This document shows, one piece after another, positions 52,270 to 61,746 of a stretch of 64,000 bases of DNA (position 1 is the stretch's first letter; each line of letters begins with the position of its first letter). This stretch comes from an uncultured Gemmatimonadales bacterium (lineage in GTDB: Bacteria > Gemmatimonadota > Gemmatimonadetes > Gemmatimonadales > GWC2-71-9): assembly GCA_963821525.1 (NCBI GenBank), contig CAWGED010000019.1:896001-960000 (forward strand), given 5' to 3'. Position numbers and translations under genes: made by a program. The notes under the pieces were generated by a model. It made no database searches. It saw only the letters and a list, made by a program, of their open reading frames with translations, and was not told where the DNA came from.

Positions 52270-53856
52270 ATGGCCACGTTTGCACTTCCCGCCCGGCAGG
52301 CCCGGCTCTCACGGGAAGAGGTTTACAGCGCCCGCTACCTCATTGCCTTTGCGGTGGTGTCGGCGAGCGTTCTCGAGCTGGTGGACACCAGCATCGTGAA
52401 CGTGGCGATTCCCCACATGATGGGGAACCTTGGCGCGACGCTGGACGAGATCGCCTGGGTCAGTACCGGCTACATCGTTGCCAACGTCATCATTCTTCCG
52501 CTCACCAGTTGGTTGTCGGACCGCTTCGGCCGCCGGAACTACTACACCGGCTCGATCATCCTCTTTACCATCGCGTCATTCCTCGCCGGCAACGCGCACA
52601 CGCTTGAAGAGTTGATTGCCGCCCGGGTAGTTCAGGGCATCGGCGGTGGCGCGCTCATCTCCACGGCTCAGGCCATTCTGTTCGACGTCTTCCCGTTGAG
52701 GGAACGGGGAAAGGCTATGGCCATCTTCGGTATGGGGGTGATGGTAGGCCCGACGCTGGGACCAACTCTGGGCGGATGGATCACCGACAACTACTCCTGG
52801 CCCTGGATCTTCTACATCAACATCCCGCTCGGCATCCTGGCGGCGATGATGACCTGGCGATTTGTGCCGGAGCCGGAGCACGTCAACGAGCGGGTCGATC
52901 ACGTAGACTGGCTTGGCCTGGCGCTGCTGATCATCGGCATCGGCTGTCTGCAGGTGCTGCTCGAGCGCGGAGAGGCCAGGGGTTGGTTCGAATCGAATGA
53001 GATCCGGATCGAAACCCTTCTCGCCACGATTTCCCTGATCTGGTTCACCTGGCACGAGCTCACCACCGAACATCCGGTGGTGAACCTGCGGATTCTGCGC
53101 AACCGGCAGCTCGCGGCCGGGGTGGTATTCGGGCTGATTCTCGGGTTCGCCCTGTACGCGAGCGTCTTCGCCTTGCCGGTATTCCTCCAGACGCTGAGGG
53201 GATATACCGCATGGGATACCGGGAAAGTGATCCTGCCCGGTGCCATTGCGAGTGCGATCACCATGGCCATCACAGGGCGAATCACAGGGAAGGTGGATGC
53301 CCGGTATCTGATCGTGACTGGGGTGGGACTCTTCTTCTGGGCGATGTGGCTCCATTACCACTTCACGCTTGAAATCGGGATGCATGATCTCCTGCTACCC
53401 ATGATCCTGCGTGGCGTGGGCCTCGGCCTCATCTTCGTCCCGCTGACCCAGGTTGCCGTCGCCGACCTGCGTCCCCAACAGCTCGCTCAGGGGACGGGCC
53501 TCTTCAACCTCTCTCGCCAATTGGGCGGCAGCTTTGGGATCGCGGTGGCGGCGACCTTGCTGACCCGATTCACTGAGCAGAGTCGCGAAGGGCTGCGCGC
53601 ACACCTGACACCGACTGAGCCTTCCACTGCCGCCTGGCTGCAATCGACAGTTGCCCGGATGCAGCAACTGGGCGGGAGCTTCCAGGAAGCCCAGTCGAGA
53701 GCGTATCGCCTGCTCGATCTCCACCTCGATGCCCAGGCCGGCATGATCGCCTTCGAGAAGGTGTTCCTGATCATGGGAATCACCTTCGTGGTTGCGCTGC
53801 CGCTTCTGCTGCTCTTCCGGACCGGACGCACTCAGGGAGGGCCAGCAGCTCACTAA
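52270..53856 (+). CDS. emrB: EmrB/QacA DHA2 MFS efflux permease
   Basis: DTSIVNVAIP, WVSTGY, GPTLGGWITDNYSWPWIFYINIP. Confidence 0.93.
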   Translation: MATFALPARQARLSREEVYSARYLIAFAVVSASVLELVDTSIVNVAIPHMMGNLGATLDEIAWVSTGYIVANVIILPLTSWLSDRFGRRNYYTGSIILFTIASFLAGNAHTLEELIAARVVQGIGGGALISTAQAILFDVFPLRERGKAMAIFGMGVMVGPTLGPTLGGWITDNYSWPWIFYINIPLGILAAMMTWRFVPEPEHVNERVDHVDWLGLALLIIGIGCLQVLLERGEARGWFESNEIRIETLLATISLIWFTWHELTTEHPVVNLRILRNRQLAAGVVFGLILGFALYASVFALPVFLQTLRGYTAWDTGKVILPGAIASAITMAITGRITGKVDARYLIVTGVGLFFWAMWLHYHFTLEIGMHDLLLPMILRGVGLGLIFVPLTQVAVADLRPQQLAQGTGLFNLSRQLGGSFGIAVAATLLTRFTEQSREGLRAHLTPTEPSTAAWLQSTVARMQQLGGSFQEAQSRAYRLLDLHLDAQAGMIAFEKVFLIMGITFVVALPLLLLFRTGRTQGGPAAH

Positions 53857-53857
53857 C

Positions 53858-54012
53858 AGCGGGAACGGGGAACCGGAGAAACCCCGCCGCCCCGAACAAC
53901 AACGGTGATGGGAAGGGAGACTCGAGTGGCTTAAATTCCACACCCTGTTCCCTGTTCCCTGTTCCCTGTTCCCTGTTCCCTGTTCCCTGTTCCCTGTTCC
54001 CTGTTCCCGCTT
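53858..54012. repeat. Short GGGAAC-type array, spacer, nine perfect CCCTGTT units
   Basis: (CCCTGTT)9 at 53943-54005; complementary gggaacggggaacc at 53861-53874. Confidence 0.9.
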
Positions 54013-54019
54013 CTCGCCC

Positions 54020-55459
54020 TTGCCCGACATCCTCGACGACTTCGAATCCGACGCGACACCAGCAGCCGGAGCCTTGTTGCTGGAGTTGGTCGGCCGATAC
54101 CTGGAAGTCACCGGCCGCGGAGAAGGACCGGTCTCGACCGGACTCACGCCGGTTGAGCTGGCTCAACGGTTCGCTGGTCCCATGCCGCGACGTGGGCGTC
54201 CACTGGATGAGGTGGTAGCACATCTCGAGCGCGATGTTCTTCCTCACTGCAATCGCCTCACCCATCCCATGTACCTCGGCCACCAGGTATCGGCCCCGCT
54301 GCCCGCGGCCATCTGGACCGAGTCCCTCACGGGAGCGATCAACAATTCGCTCGCGGTGGCCGAGATGTCGCCGGCAATCACCGCGATCGAGCGTCAGTTG
54401 ATCCGCTGGATGGCCGAGCTGGCTGGGTATGGGGCGGAGGCGGGAGGCACGTTCACCTCCGGGGGCACCGAGGCAACATTCACAGCCCTCCTTGCCGCGC
54501 GAGCCAGGGCGTTGCCGGACGCGTGGGAGAATGGCATTGGGAGCGCCGCACCCGCCGTCGTCTACGGGGAGAACGCTCACTATGCGGTCACTCGGGCGAT
54601 CGGTGAGCTTGGTATCGGACTTCGGGCCGGTGTCGTAGTGCCCAACCGTGACTTTCGCATGGATGCGGCGGCCTTGAACAGGGCACTCGAAGACCTGGCG
54701 AGGAAGGGCCGCCAGATCATGGCGGTCGTAGCTACCGCCGGTTCTACTCCCACGGGATCGTTCGACGACCTGGAATCGATCGGGCAAGTTTGTGAAGCCC
54801 GTGGCATCTGGCTCCACGTTGACGGTGCACACGGGGCGTCCGCGCTTCTCTCCAGCCGGCACCGCCATCGCATGAAAGGCATCGAGCGGGCCCGCTCCAT
54901 TGCGTGGGATCCTCACAAGATGATGCTGCTGCCGCTCTCGGCAGGGATGCTGGTAGTGCGGGACGAGAGGGACCTGGATCAGGCGTTCCTGCAGCGGGCT
55001 CCCTACCTGTTCCACGGGGCGGAGAACCAACCGGTACCCGATCAGGGTGTCCGGAGCTTTGCCTGCTCCCGGCGTGCCGATGCCCTCAAGGCCTGGGTTG
55101 CCCTGCTCCGCTACGGAGCTGACGGGATTGGAGAGCTGTACGATCGGCTGTGTGACCTGACCGCCGACCTGTACGGTCTCATCGAACGGCATCCTTCCTT
55201 CGAGACCTTTCACGCTCCCGAGAGCAACATCCTCTGCTTCCGTTTCGTGGGTGACGGCCGCTCCGATGATCCGTCGCTTGACCTGCTCAACAAGGAGCTG
55301 CGCGAGCGCTTCAATCGATCGGGCGTTGGATGGATTACCACCACCGTCCTCAACGGTCGCCGAGTACTTCGGGTGACGATCATGAATCCCCGGACCAGAG
55401 CCGAGCATCTCCAGCGCCTGCTCGATGGCCTCTCAGCAGAGGCGGGGCGGATGGCCTGA
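54020..55459 (+). CDS. Group II PLP-dependent amino acid decarboxylase
   Basis: HPMYLGHQ, GTFTSGGT, TAGST..GSFD, LHVDGAHG, WDPHK. Confidence 0.92.
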   Translation: MPDILDDFESDATPAAGALLLELVGRYLEVTGRGEGPVSTGLTPVELAQRFAGPMPRRGRPLDEVVAHLERDVLPHCNRLTHPMYLGHQVSAPLPAAIWTESLTGAINNSLAVAEMSPAITAIERQLIRWMAELAGYGAEAGGTFTSGGTEATFTALLAARARALPDAWENGIGSAAPAVVYGENAHYAVTRAIGELGIGLRAGVVVPNRDFRMDAAALNRALEDLARKGRQIMAVVATAGSTPTGSFDDLESIGQVCEARGIWLHVDGAHGASALLSSRHRHRMKGIERARSIAWDPHKMMLLPLSAGMLVVRDERDLDQAFLQRAPYLFHGAENQPVPDQGVRSFACSRRADALKAWVALLRYGADGIGELYDRLCDLTADLYGLIERHPSFETFHAPESNILCFRFVGDGRSDDPSLDLLNKELRERFNRSGVGWITTTVLNGRRVLRVTIMNPRTRAEHLQRLLDGLSAEAGRMA

Positions 55460-55519
55460 CTGCTTGCCAGTCTTGGCTATGCCCCGTAGCTTGGCGGCCC
55501 CAACCGTGATCCTGCCACT

Positions 55520-56983
55520 GTGACCTTTCAGCGCAAGCTGCTCCTCGGTACTTCGCTCATGATCCTTCCAGTGCTGCTCATCGGCCTGGAGGCGATCCGA
55601 AGCAACGCCGCGGAACGGCGCGCCCTCGAAACACTCGGCGCCGGCCTGGGTCGCAATCGGACCTATGCCGAGCTGGAAACCGCCATGTTCAACCAGACCG
55701 AGTCGGTCTGGCGCTACCTCACGGGCATGGACAGCTCCGCACGGAACGAGTTCCGCATGGCGGGCGAGGTAGTGGATTACTGGTACGACCGCTGGCAGGG
55801 CGAGCTCAAACCGGACGAGATGGAGCTCGCGAAGAGCGTCCAGGCGATTCAGATCCAGATTCAGGCGGTGGGAGACAGCGTCTTCCGTCTTTACGACACC
55901 GGCCATCACGAGCTGGCCTACCGGACTGCACAACTCGAGCTGAAGGGGCGCCTCCAACCGGCGCTCACCACGCTCAATCGGGAGATCTATCGCCGCGCGC
56001 GTGAGTTCAGCGTCCAGGCGGCATTCGCGCGGGTGGAGGAGATTGTAGACAATGAACGTCGTGTACTGCTCGCGATCACGGGCCTGGCACTCGCGGGCGG
56101 CCTGCTCATCTCGTGGCTCATCGCCCGCGGCCTGATCCGGCCTATAACGGTTCTGAGTAACGCAATGGCAGTGGTAGGCGGCGGCGACCTCGACCACCCG
56201 ATCCGCACCCAAGCCAGCGACGAGATCGGGAACCTGGCCCGTTCCTTCGCCGGGATGACGGAGAATCTGCGCAAATCTCGGGCGGAGATGGTTCGGCTCA
56301 ACGGAGCGCTGATTCAATCGGAGAAGCTCGCTTCACTGGGAGAGATGGCGGCCGCGGTGGCTCACGGTCTTCGTAACCCGCTCGCAAGCTTGCGGGCTTC
56401 GGCGCAACTCGCGTTGCGTCACCCCGAGTCGCCCGCCGCGCGCGAACAGCTCTCGGCTATCATCCAGGAGGTCGACCGCCTGGACCGGCGGATCAGTCAC
56501 CTGCTCGCTTTCTCCCGCCCCGCGCCGTTTCATCCGATGCCGGAGCGGATTCCGCAGCTGGTGCAAGACATCCTCCCCGCGTTCACCGAGCGGCTGCGGG
56601 CGCAGGGCGTGACTCTGGAGCAGGATCTGCCGGCGTCGCTTCCCGAGGTCCGGGTGGATCCCATGAAACTGGAGCAGGTATTCGTGGAACTCGTTTCCAA
56701 CGCTCTCGATGCCATGCCATCCGGCGGCCGGCTTGCCATCGCCGGGCGACTGGAGCAGTCAGGCGAGACCCCCGGGCTCGCGGTGACCGTACAAGACACC
56801 GGTTCGGGAATTCCCGACCAGGTGCTTCCTTCCATCGGCGAGCCGTTCTTTACTACCCGGCCCGAGGGGACCGGCCTCGGCGTCGCCACTGCACGGCGGT
56901 TCGTGGAGCAACACGGGGGCCGTCTCGACTTGACCAGCCGCGTAGGAGAAGGGACCACCGTGAAGATCTGGCTGCCTCAATGA
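55520..56983 (+). CDS. Membrane sensor histidine kinase with HAMP
   Basis: Two TM segments, DEIGNLA, EKLASLGEMAAAVAHGLRNPL, DTGSGI, FFTT, GTGLG. Confidence 0.93.
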   Translation: MTFQRKLLLGTSLMILPVLLIGLEAIRSNAAERRALETLGAGLGRNRTYAELETAMFNQTESVWRYLTGMDSSARNEFRMAGEVVDYWYDRWQGELKPDEMELAKSVQAIQIQIQAVGDSVFRLYDTGHHELAYRTAQLELKGRLQPALTTLNREIYRRAREFSVQAAFARVEEIVDNERRVLLAITGLALAGGLLISWLIARGLIRPITVLSNAMAVVGGGDLDHPIRTQASDEIGNLARSFAGMTENLRKSRAEMVRLNGALIQSEKLASLGEMAAAVAHGLRNPLASLRASAQLALRHPESPAAREQLSAIIQEVDRLDRRISHLLAFSRPAPFHPMPERIPQLVQDILPAFTERLRAQGVTLEQDLPASLPEVRVDPMKLEQVFVELVSNALDAMPSGGRLAIAGRLEQSGETPGLAVTVQDTGSGIPDQVLPSIGEPFFTTRPEGTGLGVATARRFVEQHGGRLDLTSRVGEGTTVKIWLPQ

Positions 56984-58353
56984 ACGGCTCAACCGTCCTC
57001 ATCGTTGACGACGAGCGCAACCTCGCGCGCGCGATGAAGGCGTTCCTCGCCGAGCACGGCTACGAAAGCGAGGTCGCCGGCGATGCGGAGCGGGCGCTGC
57101 AGCTTCTCCCGACCATGCATCCCGACGTGGTATTCAGCGATGTTCGCCTTCCCGGAATGAACGGCATCGAGCTCCTGAAGCGGATCAAGGAGTTCGACCC
57201 CGCGATCCCCGTCGTGATCATGACGGCCTTCGGCTCGATCGAGGGAGCGGTCGCAGCGGTGAAGCTGGGCGCCTTCGACTACGTGAAGAAGCCGCTGGAT
57301 CTGGAAGAGCTGAAGCTCCTGGCCGACCGGGCGCGCGAAACCTCGCTCATGAAGCAGGAGCTCTCCTACCTGCGGCAGCGGGTCGCTCGCGACGTACCCT
57401 TCGACAACGTGCTGGGCGAGGCACCCGTAATGCGCGGGATACTGGAGCAGGTTCGGCAGATCGCGGCCCTGGACGAGACACCACCGGTCCTGATCACCGG
57501 GGAAACCGGAACTGGCAAAGGGCTAGTGGCCAGGACGATTCATGCTTCGGGAGCCCGTGCGAATCGTCCTTTTATCGACGTCAATTGCACCGCCCTCCCC
57601 GCGACACTCATGGAAGCCGAGCTCTTCGGCTACGAGCGCGGCGCTTTCACCGATGCCAAAGAGTCGAAGATCGGCCTGTTCGAGGCGGCCGAGGGTGGAT
57701 TCCTCTTCCTCGACGAAATTGGCGACGTGGAGCTGGCTCTTCAGGGCAAGCTGTTGCGCGCCATCGAAGAGCGGGTCGTGCGCCGGGTCGGCGGGATCCG
57801 GGACCGGAAGATCGACGTGCGAATTCTCGCGGCGACGAATCGGGACCTGGAAAGGGATGCCGGCGGGGAGCGGTTCCGAAAAGATCTCTATTTCCGTCTG
57901 GCAGTGATTCTGATTCGCCTCCCGCCGCTCCGCGATCGGGGCAATGACATACTGCTTCTCGCCGAGCACTACCTGCGGGAGTTCTCGGCCAAGTACGGGC
58001 GGGAGGTCCGCGGTATTGATGCCCTCGCGCGGGAGCAATTGATGGCCTATCCCTGGCCCGGGAACGTGCGCGAGTTGAGTCACGTGATCGAGCGTGCCGT
58101 GCTGTGGAGCCGCGGCGGAGATCTGTCAGCGGAGCATCTCGCTCTTACCCGCCCCTCGGATCAGGTCCAGCTACCAGGCGCCGAGCCGGCGAACCGCCGA
58201 GCCGCCGAGCCGGCAAGCCTCGAGCAGTGGGAGCGTCAGTTACTCGAGCAAGCCCTCAAGGAGGAAGGCGGGAATCAGACCAGGGCGGCACAGCGGCTGG
58301 GAATTTCCCGCGATACGCTGCGCTATCGGATCAAGAAGTATGGGTTGGGCTAG
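56980..58353 (+). CDS. Sigma54-dependent NtrC-family response regulator
   Basis: REC, GETGTGK, ELFGYERGAFTDA, WPGNVREL, Fis-type HTH. Confidence 0.95.
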   Translation: MNGSTVLIVDDERNLARAMKAFLAEHGYESEVAGDAERALQLLPTMHPDVVFSDVRLPGMNGIELLKRIKEFDPAIPVVIMTAFGSIEGAVAAVKLGAFDYVKKPLDLEELKLLADRARETSLMKQELSYLRQRVARDVPFDNVLGEAPVMRGILEQVRQIAALDETPPVLITGETGTGKGLVARTIHASGARANRPFIDVNCTALPATLMEAELFGYERGAFTDAKESKIGLFEAAEGGFLFLDEIGDVELALQGKLLRAIEERVVRRVGGIRDRKIDVRILAATNRDLERDAGGERFRKDLYFRLAVILIRLPPLRDRGNDILLLAEHYLREFSAKYGREVRGIDALAREQLMAYPWPGNVRELSHVIERAVLWSRGGDLSAEHLALTRPSDQVQLPGAEPANRRAAEPASLEQWERQLLEQALKEEGGNQTRAAQRLGISRDTLRYRIKKYGLG

Positions 58354-58390
58354 TGGGTGATCTCACCCAAAGTGGGTCATATCACCCACT
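58352..58390. promoter_or_regulatory. Tandem palindromic upstream activator sites
   Basis: AGTGGGTGATCTCACCCAA followed by AGTGGGTCATATCACCCACT, 19 bp period, ~100 bp upstream of the -24. Confidence 0.7.
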
Positions 58391-58473
58391 TACCCCCAAG
58401 TGGTAGCCGGTAGGACAATCGCCAAGACATTGGAAGACAATCACTTAGGAGTAGAGGGGAAGACAACAAAGCC

Positions 58474-58489
58474 CGGCACGGCGTCTGCT
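58474..58489 (+). promoter_or_regulatory. Sigma54 promoter of pqq operon
   Basis: CGGCACGGCGTCTGCT, GG-N10-GC. Confidence 0.75.
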
Positions 58490-58551
58490 TTACCCTTGAA
58501 CAGTACTGCTGCGCTGCAGTCACAGACGGAATCTCTTTGGAGGGTACCTCG

Positions 58552-58626
58552 ATGTCTTGGACCAAGCCAGAAGCTGAAGTGGTTGCGGTCACCATGGAAG
58601 TCACCGCGTACGTCGCGACGCTTTAA
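58552..58626 (+). CDS. pqqA: PQQ precursor peptide (24 aa, not in ORF track)
   Basis: MSWTKPEAEVVAVTMEVTAYVATL*: W.KP leader and ExxxY core; GGAGG SD. Confidence 0.93.
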   Translation: MSWTKPEAEVVAVTMEVTAYVATL

Positions 58627-58642
58627 ACTCGCGATGCACCGG

Positions 58643-58677
58643 ACGGGGCTCGCGGAAGCGGGCCCCGTTTGTTTTGT
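58643..58677 (+). terminator. Hairpin + U tract between pqqA and pqqB
   Basis: acggggctcgc-ggaa-gcgggccccgt followed by ttgttttgt. Confidence 0.75.
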
Positions 58678-59586
58678 ATGGACCTGATTCTTCTAGGCAC
58701 CGCCGCGGGCGGCGGATTCCCTCAGTGGAACTGCTGGTGCCCACCCTGCCGCGTCGCGCGAACCGATCCGGCCCGGGCCCACCCCCGCACTCAGTCCTCC
58801 GCGGCCGTATCGTCGGATGGCAAGCGATGGTTCCTGCTCAACGCCTCACCCGACGTCCGACTCCAGCTGGGCCTGCTCAATGGTCAGGCTCCGGCAGGAA
58901 TTCGGCACGTCCCGGTCGAGGGCGTGGTGGTGACCGATGCTGAACTTGACCACACACTCGGCTTGGCCCTGCTGCGCGAAGCTCGCCAGCTTCGGCTCTA
59001 CGCCACCGATGCGGTGCTCGGCGTTCTCCGGGAGGATTCCAGACTGCTGCCGGTAACCGAGGCCTTCTCGGAGGTCACTGTCACCCGGCTGTCTCTGGAT
59101 ACCGACGTGCCTTTGCTCTATCGTGACGGCACGCCCAGTGGCATCGAGGTCACTGCCTTCAGCGTAGCTGGAGACCCGCCTCGCTTTGCGCGGCGCGAGG
59201 AGCCGGGCCACACCATTGGACTCTTGCTGCGCGAAACCAGGTCGGGGAGTAGAGCCGCGTTTGTTCCCGGTTGTGGCGCGCTCGATGAGAAGCTGCTCGG
59301 TCGGCTGCGCGGAACGGATTCGCTGTTCATCGACGGCACCTTCTGGGACGACGCCGAGCTTGTGACACTCGGGATCAGCGATCGCTCCGCCCGACAGATG
59401 GGCCACGTGCCGGTTTCAGGAACCGAGGGAAGTCTGGCGCGCCTCCGGGATCTCCCTTGCCGAAATCGGGTCTACACCCACATCAACAATTCGAATCCCA
59501 TGCTCCTGGAAGATTCGCCCGAGCGGCGCGAGGTTGAGGCGGCGGGCATTCTCGTGGGGGACGATGGGATGAGATTTTCACTATGA
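58678..59586 (+). CDS. pqqB: PQQ biosynthesis protein B
   Basis: LGTAAGGGFPQWNCWCPPC, RTQSS, NASPD, LDHTLGL, DGTFW, MGH, HINNSNP. Confidence 0.96.
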   Translation: MDLILLGTAAGGGFPQWNCWCPPCRVARTDPARAHPRTQSSAAVSSDGKRWFLLNASPDVRLQLGLLNGQAPAGIRHVPVEGVVVTDAELDHTLGLALLREARQLRLYATDAVLGVLREDSRLLPVTEAFSEVTVTRLSLDTDVPLLYRDGTPSGIEVTAFSVAGDPPRFARREEPGHTIGLLLRETRSGSRAAFVPGCGALDEKLLGRLRGTDSLFIDGTFWDDAELVTLGISDRSARQMGHVPVSGTEGSLARLRDLPCRNRVYTHINNSNPMLLEDSPERREVEAAGILVGDDGMRFSL

Positions 59587-60341
59587 CGACGGTGTTCAAC
59601 GAATCCAGGCTGACGAGCGTTCCGCGTCCCGCCATTCCGGAGCTTTCCCGTCCGCTTACTCCGGCAGAGCTGGAGGAGGCGCTGCGCGGTTTCCACGGCT
59701 CCTACTACGTCGAGCACCCGTTTCACAAACTCATGTATCAGGGCCAGCTCACTCCGCGCCAATTCCAGGGCTGGGCCGCCAACCGGCTCGCGTACCAGCG
59801 CGTCGTCCCCCGCAAGGACGCAGCGATCTTGTCCAATTGTCCTGATCCCGCAGTCCGCCGGGAGTGGATCCAGCGCATCATCGATCACGACGGCACCCAG
59901 GAGGGAGAAGGCGGGATCGAGATGTGGATCAGACTCGGTGTCGCACTCGGCGTTCCCCGGGAGGAAATGGAGGACGAGCGCCATGTGCTCCCAGCCGTCC
60001 GACTGATCTGCGAATCCTACGTCTGGTTCTGCAAGTCGAAGCCGTGGGTTCAGGCGGTTGCGTCGTCTCTCACCGAGCTATTTGCCCCCAAGATTCACAA
60101 TCAGCGCATCGAGGCTTTCCCGATCCATTACCCGTGGATACCGCCTGAAGCGCTCGATTACTTCAAGAGCAGGCTGGTGCAGGCGCCACGCGACGTGAAA
60201 CATGGCCTCTCGATCGTGCAGCGGAATTGCACGACCGTGGAGACTCAGCGCCAGGCCTTCGAGGCGCTGGCTTTCAAGCTCGAAATGCTCTGGGCTATGA
60301 TCGACACGATTCACAACGCGTATCGCGAAGATGGCAGATAA
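59583..60341 (+). CDS. pqqC: PQQ synthase
   Basis: HPFH, KDAAILSNCPD, RIIDHDG, SSLTELFAP, HYPWI, QAPRDV. Confidence 0.96.
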   Translation: MTTVFNESRLTSVPRPAIPELSRPLTPAELEEALRGFHGSYYVEHPFHKLMYQGQLTPRQFQGWAANRLAYQRVVPRKDAAILSNCPDPAVRREWIQRIIDHDGTQEGEGGIEMWIRLGVALGVPREEMEDERHVLPAVRLICESYVWFCKSKPWVQAVASSLTELFAPKIHNQRIEAFPIHYPWIPPEALDYFKSRLVQAPRDVKHGLSIVQRNCTTVETQRQAFEALAFKLEMLWAMIDTIHNAYREDGR

Positions 60342-60627
60342 TCGTCCCGTGACTCCCGATTCCCGCCCTCAGCTCTGGCGACTGGCCAGGATCGACTTCG
60401 ACCGGGTGCGCCGGCGGCCGGTCCTGCTGTATCCCGAGGGGGCGATGTTCATCAACGACACCGGGAAGGCGATCCTGGAGCTTTGCAACGGCGAGCGGAC
60501 TGCCGGCGAGATCGCGCGGGAGCTGGGGGAGCGATACCAGAGCGAGGTTCTGACTGACGTGATCGAGTATCTCGAGGTGATGGAACAACGGAACCTGGTC
60601 GTCGATCGAGCGGCGGTGGCTCCATGA
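60331..60627 (+). CDS. pqqD: PqqA chaperone (RRE)
   Basis: DRVR..VLLYPEG...ILELCNG. Confidence 0.94.
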   Translation: MADNRPVTPDSRPQLWRLARIDFDRVRRRPVLLYPEGAMFINDTGKAILELCNGERTAGEIARELGERYQSEVLTDVIEYLEVMEQRNLVVDRAAVAP

Positions 60628-61736
60628 CCGGGCCACGCATTCTGAATCAGCCGACGACCCTGCTGGCGGAGATCACCTATCGCTGCCCGCTGCATTGCCC
60701 GTACTGCTCCAATCCTCTGGAGATGACCAGGGCCGAGGCCGAGCTTTCGACGTCGGATTGGAAGCGGGTCTTCACCGAAGCGCGGAACCTCGGCGTCCTT
60801 CAGCTAGGCTTGTCAGGTGGCGAGCCGCTGGTGCGCAAGGATCTGGAGGAGCTCGTCGCCCACGCCCGCAGCGAAGGGCTGTATTCGACCTTGGTAACCT
60901 CGGGACTCGGACTCACGCGAAATCGCGCTCAGAGTCTCAAGGAAGCCGGGATCGATCACGTACAGATCTCGTTTCAGGATTCCGAGACCCAATCCGCCGA
61001 GCAGATTGCCGGGATCCGGTCGGTGAAGCAGAAGCGCGCGGCGGCGGAGTTGGTCCGGGAGCTGGATCTCGCGTTCTCGGTGAACGTGGTACTTCACCGT
61101 CAGAACCTGGACCACCTGAGCGACATCATCGAGATGGCGGCTTCGATGGGGGCGGACCGGCTGGAGCTGGCAAACACTCAGTACTACGGTTGGGCGCTCA
61201 AGAACAGGGCGGCGCTGCTACCAACCCGGCAGCAGGTCGAGGCCTCGAAGGCGGTAGCTGAGGCGGCCATCAAGAAGTATCGGGGGAAGATGCAGATCCT
61301 CTATGTGCTGCCCGACTATTACGAGACCTACCCGAAGGCCTGCTACGGCGGCTGGGGCAATGTGTACATCCTGGTAACGCCCGACGGTCGTGCCCTTCCC
61401 TGCCACGGCGCGACCCAGATTCCCTCGCTCTCGTTCGTCGATGTCCGGGAGCGGCCGCTCGACTGGATCTGGCAACACTCGCCGATCTTCAACGCCTTCC
61501 GCGGCGACAGCTGGATGAAAGAGCCTTGCCGCACCTGTTCCCGGAAGAACGTGGACTTCAGCGGGTGCCGCTGTCAGGCCTTCGCGCTCACGGGAGACGC
61601 GACCAATCCCGACCCCGTCTGCACGCTCACTCCTCTGCGGTCAATCATTGATGAGGCGCTGAATCTGAACGGGAGCCCGCCCGAGTACGTGTATCGGTAT
61701 GTCGAGAAGGAGACGGTTGGGCCTGGAGTGCCATAG
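60624..61736 (+). CDS. pqqE: Radical SAM/SPASM PqqA cyclase
   Basis: LLAEITYRCPLHCPYCSNP, QYYGWA, PKACYGGWG, GCRCQA, DPVC. Confidence 0.96.
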   Translation: MTGPRILNQPTTLLAEITYRCPLHCPYCSNPLEMTRAEAELSTSDWKRVFTEARNLGVLQLGLSGGEPLVRKDLEELVAHARSEGLYSTLVTSGLGLTRNRAQSLKEAGIDHVQISFQDSETQSAEQIAGIRSVKQKRAAAELVRELDLAFSVNVVLHRQNLDHLSDIIEMAASMGADRLELANTQYYGWALKNRAALLPTRQQVEASKAVAEAAIKKYRGKMQILYVLPDYYETYPKACYGGWGNVYILVTPDGRALPCHGATQIPSLSFVDVRERPLDWIWQHSPIFNAFRGDSWMKEPCRTCSRKNVDFSGCRCQAFALTGDATNPDPVCTLTPLRSIIDEALNLNGSPPEYVYRYVEKETVGPGVP

Positions 61737-61746
61737 GCCGTAGGCC

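Noticed and set aside
53943..54005. Tandem repeats as a CRISPR array
   Set aside because: 7-bp units with no unique spacers, and no cas genes in the window.
57625..57660. GAFTDA instead of GAFTGA as evidence of a sigma54-independent regulator
   Set aside because: This variant is common among enhancer-binding proteins, and a good -24/-12 site lies directly downstream.
58552..61736. Novel non-PQQ RiPP cluster
   Set aside because: PqqB, C, D and E motifs and the ExxxY core are canonical for PQQ.
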